Part shown: piece by piece, positions 49,001 to 62,201 of the stretch
Numbering within the stretch: position 1 is the stretch's first letter
Layout of the letters: each line of letters begins with the position of its first letter
Assembly (NCBI GenBank): GCA_032718475.1
Contig: JAUCBJ010008864.1
Coordinates: forward strand, 108,114 to 172,113
Direction: 5' to 3'
Source of the DNA: Nemertoderma westbladi
Taxonomy: Eukaryota; Animalia; Xenacoelomorpha
DNA length: 64,000 nt
Translations under genes and position numbers: made by a program
Notes under the pieces: model-generated
What the model was told of the DNA's origin: nothing
What the model saw: only the letters and a program-made list of their open reading frames with translations
Databases searched by the model: none

Positions 49001-51914
49001 ATTTTACTCGTCCTTGTTTCCTCTTGACCTTGGCGCTGGCTTTTGCCTTCGAATTGACAACAGTGTCGATTTTTATCTCGGCACCTTCCAGTATGGTGTT
49101 GGTTGTCGCATCGAATAATGGTGGCTATTCGTCTGATGGTCGTTGTAGGAGGTCGGGTCCTTTAAATCAGAAGGACTTATTGTCCGGTTTATAAAAGTCT
49201 ATGGGTAACATTCCCCGTGACCCGATGTCAGCGTCTAGTATTTCAGCCCGCCTGTTGGCCATGAAAGTCTTGAACTAAAACGTTTCGTTGTTTATGTACC
49301 AAAGCACCAACATAGCGTTGATCCAATACGTGACTTTCAAGTTAGCCTCCAGTTCACACAGAACTAGACTGACAATATCGGTAGATATCATCCCGGCTTG
49401 TAGCTCACCCCGAGGTACTGTCATATATTTCAAAGGCATTGTTTCAGCCCTTGAAGTAACAAAAGACACGTCGTAGCTGTCCGATGTCACTTGTTGTCTA
49501 AGGTATAGAGTAACCCCCAGCCCATCCTTGCTAGCGTCACTGAAGCTGTGAAGCTCCAGATTGGCAGGAAAGGTAGTCTGTAAAGGAAAGAGTATACTCT
49601 AGGTATGGTATAGTCCTGTAGGAACGTCAGTTGAGCCTCCCAGTCCCTCCATTGCTCGGCTAGCTTTTCTGGTATGGGATCGTCCCATTGCAGTCCTGCC
49701 TGCCAAATGCTGCGGAGTATGATCCTAGCATGTAGGATCACGGGACTGATGAAACACAGTGGGCCATACAAACGACTCATGGTAGATAAGCAGGTCCTCT
49801 TAGTGAGAGGTCTCGTCTGGTCGTTGGCCATTATGCGCACCCTAAAGTTGTCGGTGTCCGGGTCCCAACAAAGTCCTAAGACTTTGGTCGTGGGCAGACG
49901 TTCTAAATCTAAATCTAGGTCACCCCCACTACGATCTGTAGTGTCAAATGAGTTCACCAGTTCGGAGTTATTGGAAGCAAATTTGGTGAGGCGGAATCAG
50001 CCCTAGGCGAGACAGTCCTGGAGTTGGTGTGCTATGGTTGTAGCACGCTCCAGAGTGTCACAACTCTTGAGGCCGTCAACCACATAAAAATCCCGCTCCA
50101 CTGTCCAAACTACTTCTGGGACTAGTTTGTCTCGTCTGTCTAATGCGGTCTGTTTTATGGCGTACATGGTACAGTTGGGGCTGTCCCAGGCCCCGAAGAC
50201 TCTTACTTGCATTAAGGTAAGTGCATTTGGCATTTGGTGGAAGATCTAAGTTTCCGTCCGGGTACCAAAGAAACCTCAAGCTGTCCCTGTCCCGCTCCAA
50301 AGCTCTAACCTGGTGGAATATGGCCTCTACATCACAGGTGAAGACCACCTTGCATTCTCTGAAACGCATCAGGACTCACATGAGGTAATTGTTCATATTC
50401 GGCCCGTCCATCAACTCACTGTTCATAGACATTCCTTGGTAAAGCGCAGCGTAGTCGTTGACTAGCGACCAGCGACCAGTGTCGAAGCTTGGTGGATGGG
50501 GTCAATGACCTTTGAATCTGTCGGTAGGCTCGCAAGCCTTCCAAGATCCTCGTTCATCGAGATATCCACAGCAACAACCCTTTGGTCTCCGGTGGTCAAT
50601 ACAACCTGTTTCGCTGCAAGTAGCTGTAATTTAGAGGTCCGTGTGGTCTCGTCCAAGTCTGTTACGTCGGTGTTAGTGGTGACGTAAGTCTGTGATGGTA
50701 CTGTATGTACAGTGGGACCACAGGAATGTGAAGGGGAATTGGCTAACGTAGTAGTTAATAAACTACAAACTACAATAAACTCAAGACGTCGTTCTCCTGG
50801 TCACTTACCTCTAGTGAATGCGCAGGCGCTCTTGTATACCAACCTATGGGAGTTCTACAAGCGTAAGGGTTGCCTGCTGTTACTACAGATTGGCGTGTCT
50901 CCCATACTTGATGCAAGTTGAACTGGTCTGTCCCAATCAACATCGCAATTGAGCTATAGTTGACAGGACATTCCGGTATTCCAAGATGTCGGAAATACAT
51001 ACGGTCTGTCGGGGATTGTTCTGGCATAGGATCAAGTAGGTTACTAAAGTCCTTGGTGGCAGTAAAGGTCAAATTCCTTACCGGATGTAATGAGCATTCC
51101 TCTCTGCTATGCTCCGCTTTGGAAAAAAGAGTATCTAAGGTTAGTTTGACTCTCGTTACGGGTATCACTCTCTTACCATGCGTGCTACTGACAGTATACT
51201 GAGCAGTCTTACCTTGGCTCATGTCTGTTACTATGTTGGCTACTTGTTTGTCAACGTAGATGTGTGATGACGCAGAGTTCAAGATAGTGTATATACGCTT
51301 GCTCCCTCGAGTTCCGGTGATCTTAATGGGAATTACGCTGAAACCCTTCAACTGATTCTATATAAGGAGTGTTACAGATGGTTGTTCCTCCTCTCTTGCA
51401 TGCACGTAAAAGGTTTTATCCTCCGTCTCGTCCTCGTCCGACGAACCTGATTGATCCACATAATCCATATAGAAGGTACGGTTTTTGCGCGGTACGCGCT
51501 CTTTGTAAAGCTTGTCACATCTAGCCGCTTTGTCGGGATGTTCTCGTCGAAAACACTTAGTCAGAGTATGACTAGTGGTGTGAAGCAATGCGTCGTGGTT
51601 GCATCCACACAGAGGACATGTGTCATCGCTTGGGCAGTCCTTCCGGACATGTCCAAGCATGGTACATCTCCAGCAAGAGTCCAACGGCTGTTGTTGTCGA
51701 GTAATCACCGACGTTGTCCGACTAACGTCAGCTTCGCTCCGTACGATGACGAATGATCTATCCAGTTGTGGAATTTGGAAGGCTCGTGAGCCTTCCATAG
51801 TTAGAACTTCCGTCGTCCCTCTCGGTTCATTCAACTTCCGGTTCTTCGATCGGTATGCCGCATCTACGAAGAAAATCGGTGAGTGCTTCTAACCTCCCGT
51901 CCATACCACCTAAC

Positions 51915-53297
51915 CTAGCTACTTGAATAAGTTAGTCGCATGCTGTAGGCGCAATACTTACAAACAGACGTCAAAAGGGCTCTCTCCTCCTTCATTCACA
52001 ACTTAACCGGGGGCAATTATGGTGTAAGTAACTACACCCATGATCATCACTAATACCATATTCTGATTGTGAGATAAGGAAATAGGTGTTAATTTACTAC
52101 CGTACGTTTTAGCTGATCTGGTATACAAATTTGATTCTAGAACTTTGTTACTGCGGTGGTCAGCAGTAAATACCTATCAGTACTTGGCAAGGGTGTGGTA
52201 GGATGTTAGTAAACCTCCCTAAGCCAAACATGTGCCGGAAGCAGAAAGCTGCCTCTTGCCTGATCAATTACTTTGGAATCAGACAAGTCAGTCAATCTAT
52301 AAGGCCTACAAAGGTAACCGGTACTGTACTGTCAGTACTGCAAATCACCAAATTATAGAGCGTGCTATTCGCACCTAAGTGTACTTGTGCGTACTGACGA
52401 ACAGCATACAGGTTGACCGGGGTTTTTTCCTGTCTGAATCTGAGATATTTAATCCTAAATTTTACGGCATCCCAGGACGGTGTCACGCTTTACCCTGATC
52501 TAAGGTCTTACAGCGGGCAAGGGCATCAAACAAAGTCTTACCTTCCTCTGATGTGGGTGCTTTCAGGCAATGGAGCATGCTTTCGAATGGATGGGCGAAA
52601 ATAATGTGAGCTCCTCAATGTGTCATGGACATCCTTTCCCTTGAGTTGCTGACGCCTAACGGTCTAGGCAGCCATTTTCCGAAGCGTTTGGCTGTCTCAA
52701 GATAGATATGTTAAAACTACATGGCTAAGAGTTACAGTATATTTAATGTAATTACAAAGACTTATCAAACCTTAACTTTACAAAATAACAAAAGGGCGAA
52801 TTAAACTAAAGTAAGACTAAGGCAAATGAATAAGGTAAGACATCAATTAGGGCTGGTGCGACTAAGAATAAGTGATAACCGAAGGGCAAACCGCCCCTTA
52901 TATAGCAAATCCTAAGCATGGAATCAACTAGAACATTCTACAACATTCTATGAACGCACATTGGAGAAATAAATTGTCAAGTGCTCTACGATTGGCCCAA
53001 CCCTTCGTTCCACGTGCTGTACGCACCCCATTGGCTTATCTAAATTAATGAAACCGAAAATATAATAGCCCAAAATTCAAATTTACCGATCCAGATTCGA
53101 ACCCCTGACCTACTTAGAATGTAACCCGCGCCTTAACCTACTCGACCACTGTGCCAATGGAAACCCCAGTGAAATTATAACTACGGTAGGAAATATGAAA
53201 TATTACAACTACTACAAATCATGGCAAAATACATCGGATTTAGAAAGTTTTTTACGTAGTACTGTAGATATCTACTTAACAGTGAAATAATCCCACA
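51915..53297 (-). repeat. 5' LTR, lacking its inner (U5) about 640 bp, the PBS and the gag start
   Basis: Homology to the 3' LTR starts only at about 51915/43606, directly abutting gag sequence. Confidence 0.88.
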
Positions 53298-56132
53298 CTC
53301 ACAGCGATCTGCCGCCTCAGAGGCAAGAACTTCATACCTGTTGCCCAGCTGTAGTGTGAAGCTGGATCTCACACTTGGCTGTTGCAACAGAGAAGACCAG
53401 TCATGCCGCGGCAAGGTAGATTTCGTTATTCTGCTAGCACGCAGACTAAGTCTCACCTTGGCCACAATAAGGCGGTGATCACTGGAGAAGGGTCGAAGTG
53501 TAAATGCATTACAGTCTTGTATAGAGCTCCTGTATTTTCTTCGAAACATAATATGGTCTATCTGGGACTTGTGACCACTGGGTCCACAATGAGTCCATAG
53601 CTTTCCAGTTCGCTTCTTGAACTGGGTTCCAGCTGAAAACAATCCATTTCCAGAGATAAAATCCTGAAGATGGACGGAATTTCGGTTAATACTATTGCTA
53701 TAGACCCAGGGCAATATAGGTGATTGATGCAGACTTGCATTAAAGTCTCCCAGGAATGTTAAGAATGCATGCTGATCCACTCCATCAGTAGCTGCTTGTA
53801 GATTGTGGTAGAAATTTTCCACCTCCTCTACAGGGGCAACACTAGTTGGAGAGTAGCACACAATCAGAACCACCTTAGGAAACTTCTTAGCCAGTCTTCC
53901 AGAACATGAGAAGTAGCAACGGATAATGCGGTTACAGATTTGGTCTATTTTGTCCAATGCTGCATGTGCAGTTGGATTCATCAATAGACCAATTGCACCA
54001 TTGCCACTATCATCTGCTGATGCGAGGGCTCGCCAACCGCCCCCCATGTCCTTAATCAGAACCTCATCAGTTTGTCCAGTCTGCATTCGGTGCTCTTGAA
54101 CACCCACTGCGCTAAGAGAAAGCTTATCTGCTAAGGTAGTCAGCTCACCTTGTCGCATTGGGGAACCGAGTGTTATGGTGTTTACTGAGGCTAGTCTAGT
54201 AACTTGCCTCAGATTCACCAATGGCTTTGTTGGTCGGGGTGGAACATGAGAGTAGCCTCCAACTCCAACTCGGCCAAATATCTCTTATTAAAGGGATATG
54301 AATAATATTGGCGCAGGTGTCTCCCCCGAGACACCGATTTTGGTCGGTAGTGTTGTCGAATATCAGTTCACCAGTAAAATTGGGATATCTACTGCCACTT
54401 CTAAACTGCAGGATATCACCTAAGCTAACCACCTTCCATTCTTTATCATCTGCTGGCACTCCATCTAATGGTACTTTCTCCACAACGCAACCGTTTCAAG
54501 TTGTTTGTTTTGAGTCATTTTAAGTAACTGGTAAAACTTGAATGTAAATTCTGTTTCAAGTTGTCGTTCCAGGGAATTCTCATCAGATTGATTAAACTGG
54601 CTTAAAACAATTTTAGCTTACTCATAAATAATTCCCGCTTTGCAAGAACAGCAATAGCCTCAGTTGAGTGAGATTCCAAAACTTTAAAACGCCATAAGAT
54701 TCTAACCCTCGATGGAAGTTACTGTATGGAACTGAACTTACTACTATCATAAAGGTGCCAAAGTTGTAGCAATTTTTTCTTTATCGAGTAGATTACATTC
54801 TTTAGTCCCATGTCCAATCGTTGGTCAAATGTAACGAGTATTGTTTTAAATAAGACTTCTTAAACTTCTCACACCTATGATATAATTCCGGGCATGCGCC
54901 TATGGTGTGGCTCGTCTCTATTTACACCTCGCTCCTGTGTCGAATTTGTATGAACAATTCTTTCTCTGGTGGGTGTGTCGCCCACAATATCGCAGCCATT
55001 TATTCATGTCTGCCTCCCGAACTCGTCCGTTTGGGACTGTGGAGTTTCTGACGTCATGGAGTTTAATCTCCATCGCGAGTCAAATCGATTTCGGCCTCCT
55101 CACAATGCAGCGTTTCCCTGAACACCACCAGTGGTGCTGTTCCGGGTTGCACCCCTAACCTGATCGACGCTGCTGGGAAGTTAGTGACTGGTTCCACATG
55201 CTCCCAAAATACAGTTAATACGGGCTCTTCGACAATTTCCGAAGAAAAACGTGTTTAATGATTGAATTATGTGTATAGTAATTATTTTTCGAGTATTTGT
55301 AAGCTGTATTCACTATTTTCTTATTTTTTCATTTATTTGATTACCATACCATACCCGCCTTTGAACATATTATGTTTGTATTGTAATATATCCTTTAATC
55401 CAAAATTGTAACATTACTCAATGCCGTTAGTATTAACAGCGAGTTGTTATTTAACACTTTACAACTTTAGAAGACATTACAGCATTGTATTGGCCTGTAC
55501 ATTCAGTATTGTATTTGGTGCTATTGTTTACGTGGTAACCATTGTAACGTTAAGTAATGTCCACTAAGGGGGCATTACTTAACGCCGTCATGGTTACAAT
55601 GTAAACAATAGGTGGAAATTTGCCTGACAGCCAGTTAGGCCTTCTGCATTACCTACCGGTAGGCGGGGTATAGCTATTAATAACTAGTAGGGCCTAGCTA
55701 TATAATTATAACAAGTCTCCAAACGCCACCATAAATATAAGCTAACTTACTTATAACATCATTTATGTCATTTTTACATTTATTTATACAGCAACTAATA
55801 CAATTGGTGCAGATTCTATCACTTATAATAATATATATATACAATCATTTCGTAATGTTAAAATTTTGGAGTAAGACTCTGATCCTCGTGGCTTTATTTT
55901 CACTCACTCAATAACGTTCGTTCGTGTAACAAAGCCACTCAGATCATCACACTGTAAAGTGTTACTTTACACACAAGTATGTAAATAGTTAGAAGTACAT
56001 ACAGTATTTACTGATATTTAGTTTTTTGAGTGACTACCAATATACCCCTAACCCTTGTATTAATGTTTGTATTATATCTTAATTTATATTATTTACTCAT
56101 AGGAGCTTAATTAAGTTAATGTCGAATTTCAT

Positions 56133-56280
56133 GATATATTTTGCGGCGAATTGACTTTTTAGTGGCCCTTAGTAATAATACTAGTGGCTCTTAGCGTTAA
56201 TAATGTTGATATTTTGCGGCGAATTGACTTTTTAGTGGCTCTTAGTAATAATACTAGTGGCTCTTAGCGTTAATAATGTT
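56133..56280. repeat. Tandem duplication of about 75 bp
   Basis: ATATTTTGCGGCGAATTGACTTTTTAGTGG...GCGTTAATAATGTT twice. Confidence 0.85.
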
Positions 56281-57049
56281 TATTTATTTGATGTTGTACT
56301 GTATAATATGAATTGTACAACTTATGATAATATAATTTAATAATTTAACATAATTTTACAACTTTATCTCAAAATGCCGTATTATTCTTTCCCCAAACCA
56401 GATAATTTAATACTAAACTGCAGTAGCCTATAGACAGACACTAACTATAGGCCTACTAGACACTATTAACCGCACACTATAAAGGTAAACAAATCCTTAT
56501 CGCATTCCCAGTTGCAGTGAGTGACAGTTCGCGGCAAACTACAGAGAGTTTCCAGATTACTATGCGTTTCAAACGTATTCAAATGTATCTTTAGGCGAAA
56601 ATATTTTGGTTGTTGCCAATTCAATTATGTTCAATTATGTTCAAATGTCCCTTTGAACAACATTACATTACACTGGTACACATTTGATAAAATGTGTTCT
56701 CAATTGTACAAATCTGCGTTTTCTGGTGGCCTGTACTGTAGATATAAAACTAGATATTGTGTTGCTATCTGCCTGCCATCCGGTAATAGTTTGTGAAACC
56801 GACTCACCAGCATGAACACCGATAATCTGCCATCCAAGGATGGCACAGCTGTTGTCATGGAGGCCCTTTACACTCAGGCACTGTAGGGTAACATTAACAC
56901 AGAGTCTCCCTGGCTGCAGTAGGCCATTTTCAACATCAAACGCCCTTAGTTGTAATTCTAGCAGCTTAAATAATAAACACCCACCCATATATTCAATATG
57001 GTATAATATTATGGGGAAACACGCACTATAAATACATATACCCATCAGA

Positions 57050-57937
57050 GTAAAAATAAATAAAATAATTCGTGCAATAACATTTAATCATCACCAAGCT
57101 CATTCAAAACCAATCTATAAATTTCCGGAAAAATTACCAATAGAAAAGTTACATACTATTGTATACAATTGTATATTGGAAACATCAAAATTAATGTGGG
57201 AAATAAAAAAACTCAAAAACACAATCTTTTATCACGTCACTTTTCTCTCTCCCCTCTACTATACGATACATAAGTACACTACAATATCCGTCACATCAAT
57301 GAACTATTACATATCACGTACAAGACTGGTTCTAACACAAAGATCACTCAAATATCACGGTACTTTGATATGGAATTCACTTCTCCTGAAAATAAAAGAA
57401 AGCAAAACTAAGAAAGCACTTACCCAAAATCTTAAAAAGTCATTGCTAAACGATCTAACTTAAAATAAAATAAAACTTAAAATAAATATGTCCTAGAGTA
57501 GTATTAGGCCCTATCATCTAATAAACTCATTAAATAAATTTGTATCTATTTATAAATCGTATATCACATCGCATTAACTGGATATTTCAAATTTTTTTTA
57601 AATCTCAAAATGTCATTTAAATATATTAAAATCAGCAGATTGTACGAATTAAATTGATTGATATGTAATATTTACAACAAAACGCTCGCCACGGCAACAG
57701 GGAACTATACTAGCTTTGCTACTGTTTCCTGTTTCTCATAAATACTACAATACTGTAAACAAATATTGGAACTCCAAACCTAGCACCGATCCATATAATC
57801 TAAATAACAATAAAACCCCAATTACGCACTGTACCTAAACTGGTGATGGGTTTATAATACTGAGAGCGTGTATTATGTAATAACGAAACAAATAAATGAA
57901 CCCTTACGGGTTCCTTTGATTGATTGATTGATTGATT
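57050..57937 (+). mobile_element. 3' end of an L2/CR1-group LINE
   Basis: HSKPIY.....L, TR...TQRSLKYHGTLIWNSL; AATAAA, stem-loop GAACCC-TTAC-GGGTTC (57898-57913) and (TTGA)n tail. Confidence 0.8.
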
Positions 57938-57939
57938 AA

Positions 57940-58760
57940 AGCATCACGATGAGGTGTGTCAAATTTATGGTGACCTCATATCCACCCACAGCATTTGGTG
58001 CAACAAGTGTTGAGAGATTGGTTACCCTTTCCAGGGGCCCCATCAAGGTATGGTGACGTAGTTGTTAGTGTTTACTGGTAGATCTAGTTGTCCAGGTGGC
58101 CTGGGTGAACTGGATATTTTACATGGTGATAGTAAATCGCGAATGCAACCTAACTGTGTACAGGCGTAATGATCAACAAAGTATCTCCGTGAAACCCGCT
58201 GCTGCTCCCAAAAGTACCTCAACTTCAGGTATGTTTGTGAGGATTGTCAGGATGTCCTTTATGACACTTGTCGGTAGTAAAGATGTATTAAAATCTTCAC
58301 ATATCATTAATATTTCTTTACCCTGAGAGTTGTATGGTTTATACAGATACGCGTTAAAATGCTAACAATGATGTTTTGCTTCGTTTGGTCACAAAATGAC
58401 GGAGAGTACCAAATAGTGCATCTTTAAAATAAGGCGAATCACGTGGTTCTATATATCCTCCAATAAATGCTGTTCTAAAAAGAGAATTCAATCTAGAGAT
58501 ATAAAACCACTGTGATCTCGATTTATATTAATGATTTCGTGCCTAACCAAAAGCGCGACACCACCTCGCCGACCATTTTTACCTGGTTGTATAAATGTTT
58601 TAAACCCTGGTACGCTTTGGATTAAACTTGTTTTTATTTTCTGCAACCATAACGCGTCGAACTGAATGCAATCAAAATTCATTCCTCTGAAAATTCATCC
58701 CAGGTGAAAATCGTCGCAAATAACTGCTGATAATTCCCTAGAATACCACTATAACCTGTT
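57940..58760 (-). pseudogene. Decayed LINE APE endonuclease fragment
   Basis: FKTFIQPGKNGRRGGVALLV motif; otherwise highly degenerate. Confidence 0.55.
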
Positions 58761-60099
58761 CTATTGACATTCGTTTATTGTTTTGGAATATCGTAACCCC
58801 GGTAACCTGTTCTTTAATTGATAATTTAACGTTGAGACGAAATATTAATTTGCCATTTACGATTCTCGTCAAACATATATGAAAATAATTAATACAATTT
58901 CCAGATGTTGAATATTTTTTATTATTATAATGTAAATAAATTGCACCAGAGAAAGTGAAAGTACCTGTATTAGTAAAAAAAGTGAACCGATTTACCTTAA
59001 GAAAAATAAATTTTACTGTTTTATTACATTTATTACTAACTTTTACTACTTTACTACTACGTCACTAAATAAAAAATCAATATTATACGGTATATTGATT
59101 GTACCATGTGTGGTAGAGATGGTAATGTTTTCTCTGATCACGCTTAATTGCGGTCATTTCCAGACAAAAAAGATTTTACCCACAGTTTAACACTGGGGGG
59201 GGGGGGGGGGGGGGGGGGTGTGCTATTCGTGAGATATCAGATCGGAATTGCTTTTTGAACGAGGCACAAAATTGTACAGTCAGAATTATTTGGAAAATTC
59301 ATAAAATTCGACAGACTAGTTTTCACTTATCAAAGCATCTCACTGGTATTTCTACTTTTCGCGCCATATCCTAGGTCTGAAAATGTAATGCTTCTTTATA
59401 TAATATGCTTGATGTCGTCTTTTATCGATATTTTGGGTTTGTCTGGTACACTGAATCATCAAATTTCAAATCTGGAATATGAGGAGAGATATTACCTGTT
59501 TTGTTGGTTGAACAAAAAAAATTTCATTTCTAAGCGTCTCAAATGATGATTCACTATTGGGATTTTCAATGAAACCAAATCGTATAAAAGCGGGTTTCAA
59601 TACCATAAATCATAACATCAAGGTAGTTTTAATCAGGAAGCTATCAAATGTTATATTATGGATGGGATGCAGCGCCCAATTTTGGTCACATAAAAATGGT
59701 GCACCCGATGTGGTTTAACGATCCCCATTCAATTGAGCGAATTAGAATAATATTTCCTTTTAGGCTTTTAATTTATTTTGATAAGTTCAACGTTCAGAGT
59801 TCCGTGATACTTCCCATGTAACAAAAATGATACAAAAAATGTCATTTTACATGAGCTTAATTTTTTGCCATTCAATTGAGCATCTCGCCCAGTAACAATT
59901 TTCGCTTTACAATAATATAGTTATTTAACTCATTTTCAAGGTCCAAGGTCCAAGAACAGATGTAAAAGTACATCATTACTATTGTTGCACACACATACTG
60001 TACAGTACACATACACAATAATTCTAAGCCTATAGTATATAATATGGTTGAAAAAGGTTGTAAAAAGATAAATATATTTCTACCTAAACCTCAATTAGT

Positions 60100-61155
60100 C
60101 TACATGGTATGTGCGAACAATATGGCTACGAATAGTAGGAATACGCTAACAACACTGTTGTTGGCGCCATCACCGTCAATGTCAACCTTGTTGTTGCAAT
60201 CTTCTCCTTGGCAACAATAGAATTGGCAATTATTCTTGTCTTCCTCTGTGATTCCTGCGTAGCCGGCGTAGATGGAACACACCTTGATTGGTGCCTCCTC
60301 GTCTCCCGAAGTCGCGTTGCATTTTTTTTCCTCATCGCAACCGAGGTAGACAGCTTTGGTCTCGTTGATGAAGAGGACATTAACAAAAATCGGCCTCTGT
60401 GCAATTTTCGGAATTGTCCTGTTAAATAATTGCCAACAGTTCAATTTAATATTAGAACTCTTTTTAAACGTAATTTAATAAAAGTAACTCATGTATAAAT
60501 AACGTTATTTCAACATTTATATCGAATCTTAGAATCATGTTATTTTCTTCCCATTAGGCCTTTTCTATCCTTGGTAGACGTCATCTGCTCTCATTAACTT
60601 TGGCAGGTTTTGAACATGTATATTATGTATTCTTCTAACTACTTGTCAAAATAATTTATTTTATATACATAAACAATAAATTCTAAATTGTATTTACTCA
60701 ACAAATGTATGAACATAATAAGTGATTTGATTTCCTGCTTAACATATTATTGAAATTATATTTATTCATAAAGCTAAAATAAAATAAAATTATATGGACG
60801 ATAATAAACATTGTAAATAATAAATGAATGTCTAAATCAAAACTCTGTTGTCGCACAATATATTGTTAAATATTATTGAAAATGATTATTAAAATCGTTA
60901 TATTCATGTATTGCCCATTTACAAGTTTGTTACAATAAAACTATTAATATTGTTATTATAAAGATAATTATGCATCATACCTCAGGATTTAACTTGTCTT
61001 CAATTTTCCTTGGCACAGCCCTTGTGGTCGTCGGCAGTGCAAGTGTAATGATCACTGACATGTTTGCTATCTCCGAAGTTAGAGTAACACTTGTCTTGGG
61101 CGCCTAACACCCCTACGAAGCAGACTGCCAATAACAAGAGTTTTGTAGTATCCAT
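60100..61155 (-). pseudogene. Ly6/three-finger paralog with two +1 frameshifts (exons 61155-60981 and 60418-60100)
   Basis: MDTTKLLLLAVCFVGVLG signal, GAG|GTATGA donor, AACAG acceptor at the same position as the intact paralog, YCCQGEDCN, GPI tail; exon lengths 175 and 319 nt (each 3n+1), stops at 61000-61002 and 60380-60382. Confidence 0.8.
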
Positions 61156-62029
61156 TGTGTTCTGGAGGTGTGAAAATATAAATTATAATATTAGATAAAG
61201 AAGCAAATAATAAAGAGCCGAGGAGGCTATTTTGCTGAACTATTTTGTACTCCCTCCTGTAGTAGGTTTAAATATAATATAGAGTTAATTAAAAAATGGG
61301 ATAATTCCTTTACTTGATTATTTGTAATAAAACCAACATTATAAGTCCAAAGATTGACAAATAATATAGATCCACATTACTTACTTGTAACTTTACCAAC
61401 GTGACCTAACAATATTTCGGAGTGTTTGCACGATTAAGAAGCTCGAATAATTCAAGACTACAATAAAACCAAAAAAAATACAGTAATATATGTACTGGGG
61501 TTTTAACTTCACTAAAAACAATACATGTACAATTGGTTCACATCGGTATATAGCATTGCATGGTGTGGGAATTCAACATAAGTTTATAACTCATCATTGT
61601 ATAACTCATCATTCATGTATGTAAGACTACTGGGGTACTGGTATTCTGATATCCCACCGGGTGGTATTAATTAAATTACATATTGTCGTGAGGGAAAGCT
61701 CCACATCATTGATTGGGGATTATATACCAGTCGTCATCTGGAGGCAGAGAACATTATATGATCTATTATATATGAGTTAGATGTTGAAGAACTGCAGGCA
61801 AATGAAGAAGAGTCATACTAGGAGTCATACAAAATAAAAAATTTTGGTTTCCACAATAGCACAATGCCAATGTCACACATACAGGTGTGAATAATCTCGT
61901 GTAGGTTTGTTCAGTGTGATCACGTTTGATTCTCAAACACAGACAATTCAATTCATTAGTTTTTTTGAGCTAAACTGACTTATGAAAATGCACGTTATAG
62001 ACACAAACGCATTCGCACGAGATTACGAC

Positions 62030-62201
62030 GGATCTAGGAACCCCCCCCCCCCCCACCCCCCCCCCCCCCCCCGGACAGCCCCCCCTGGGCACCTCCCCCC
62101 CCCCCCTATTCGGGAGGGGGGGGGGGAGTGTCCGGGGAGAAGCGTTCCGCCCGCATGGGAGAAGTGTCCGGGGGGGGGGGGGGGGGGAGTCTCCGGTCAC
62201 C
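62030..62201. mobile_element. 172-bp C-run/G-run foldback MITE
   Basis: Perfect 8-bp TSD ATTACGAC (62022-62029, 62202-62209); GG...CC ends; CCCCGGACA / TGTCCGGGG subrepeats. Confidence 0.8.

Larger units (their letters stand above)
42971..53297 (-). mobile_element. Bel/Pao LTR retrotransposon, decayed, with two LTRs
   Basis: TG...CA ends, 5-bp TSD CTCAC (42966-42970, 53298-53302); gag knuckles 51358-51834, protease 50770-51351, RT about 49700-50460, RNase H about 49200-49700, integrase about 46380-47850 (TGIDCFGP, IHCDQGTNFVGA, LNTRP). Confidence 0.95.
42398..54269 (-). mobile_element. RTE-clade LINE with internal deletion of RT, interrupted by the Bel/Pao element
   Basis: 11-bp TSD TCGGCCAAATA (42387-42397, 54270-54280); APE motifs at 53303-54221 (VGVQEHR, YSPT, LGDFNA, QIDHI, SDHRLI); C-terminal FAGHCFRR..VLWQP; (TAG)n tail at 42398-42419. 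Confidence 0.92.
42319..54830 (-). pseudogene. Decayed G2E3-like HECT-domain sequence split by the RTE insertion (pieces about 54830-54281 and 42397-42319)
   Basis: RGLESYGVL...SDENSLERQLE...SLGDILQFRSGSRYP...GGDTCANIIHIP on the right and, across the TSD, YLADNAQKLCE.../DSGFGVF* on the left: HECT C-lobe TC.N.L.LP and terminal GFG motifs. Confidence 0.7.

Noticed and set aside
54400-54460. KEWKVVSLGDIL resembles a bacterial type I restriction S subunit (possible HGT)
   Set aside because: Surrounding motifs (LGDILQF.SG, TCAN...IP, GFG) fit a HECT C-lobe better.
56521-57045. ORFs of 91 and 125 aa; EYMGG...NGLLQP faintly like a P-element C-terminus
   Set aside because: Too weak to call without a profile search.
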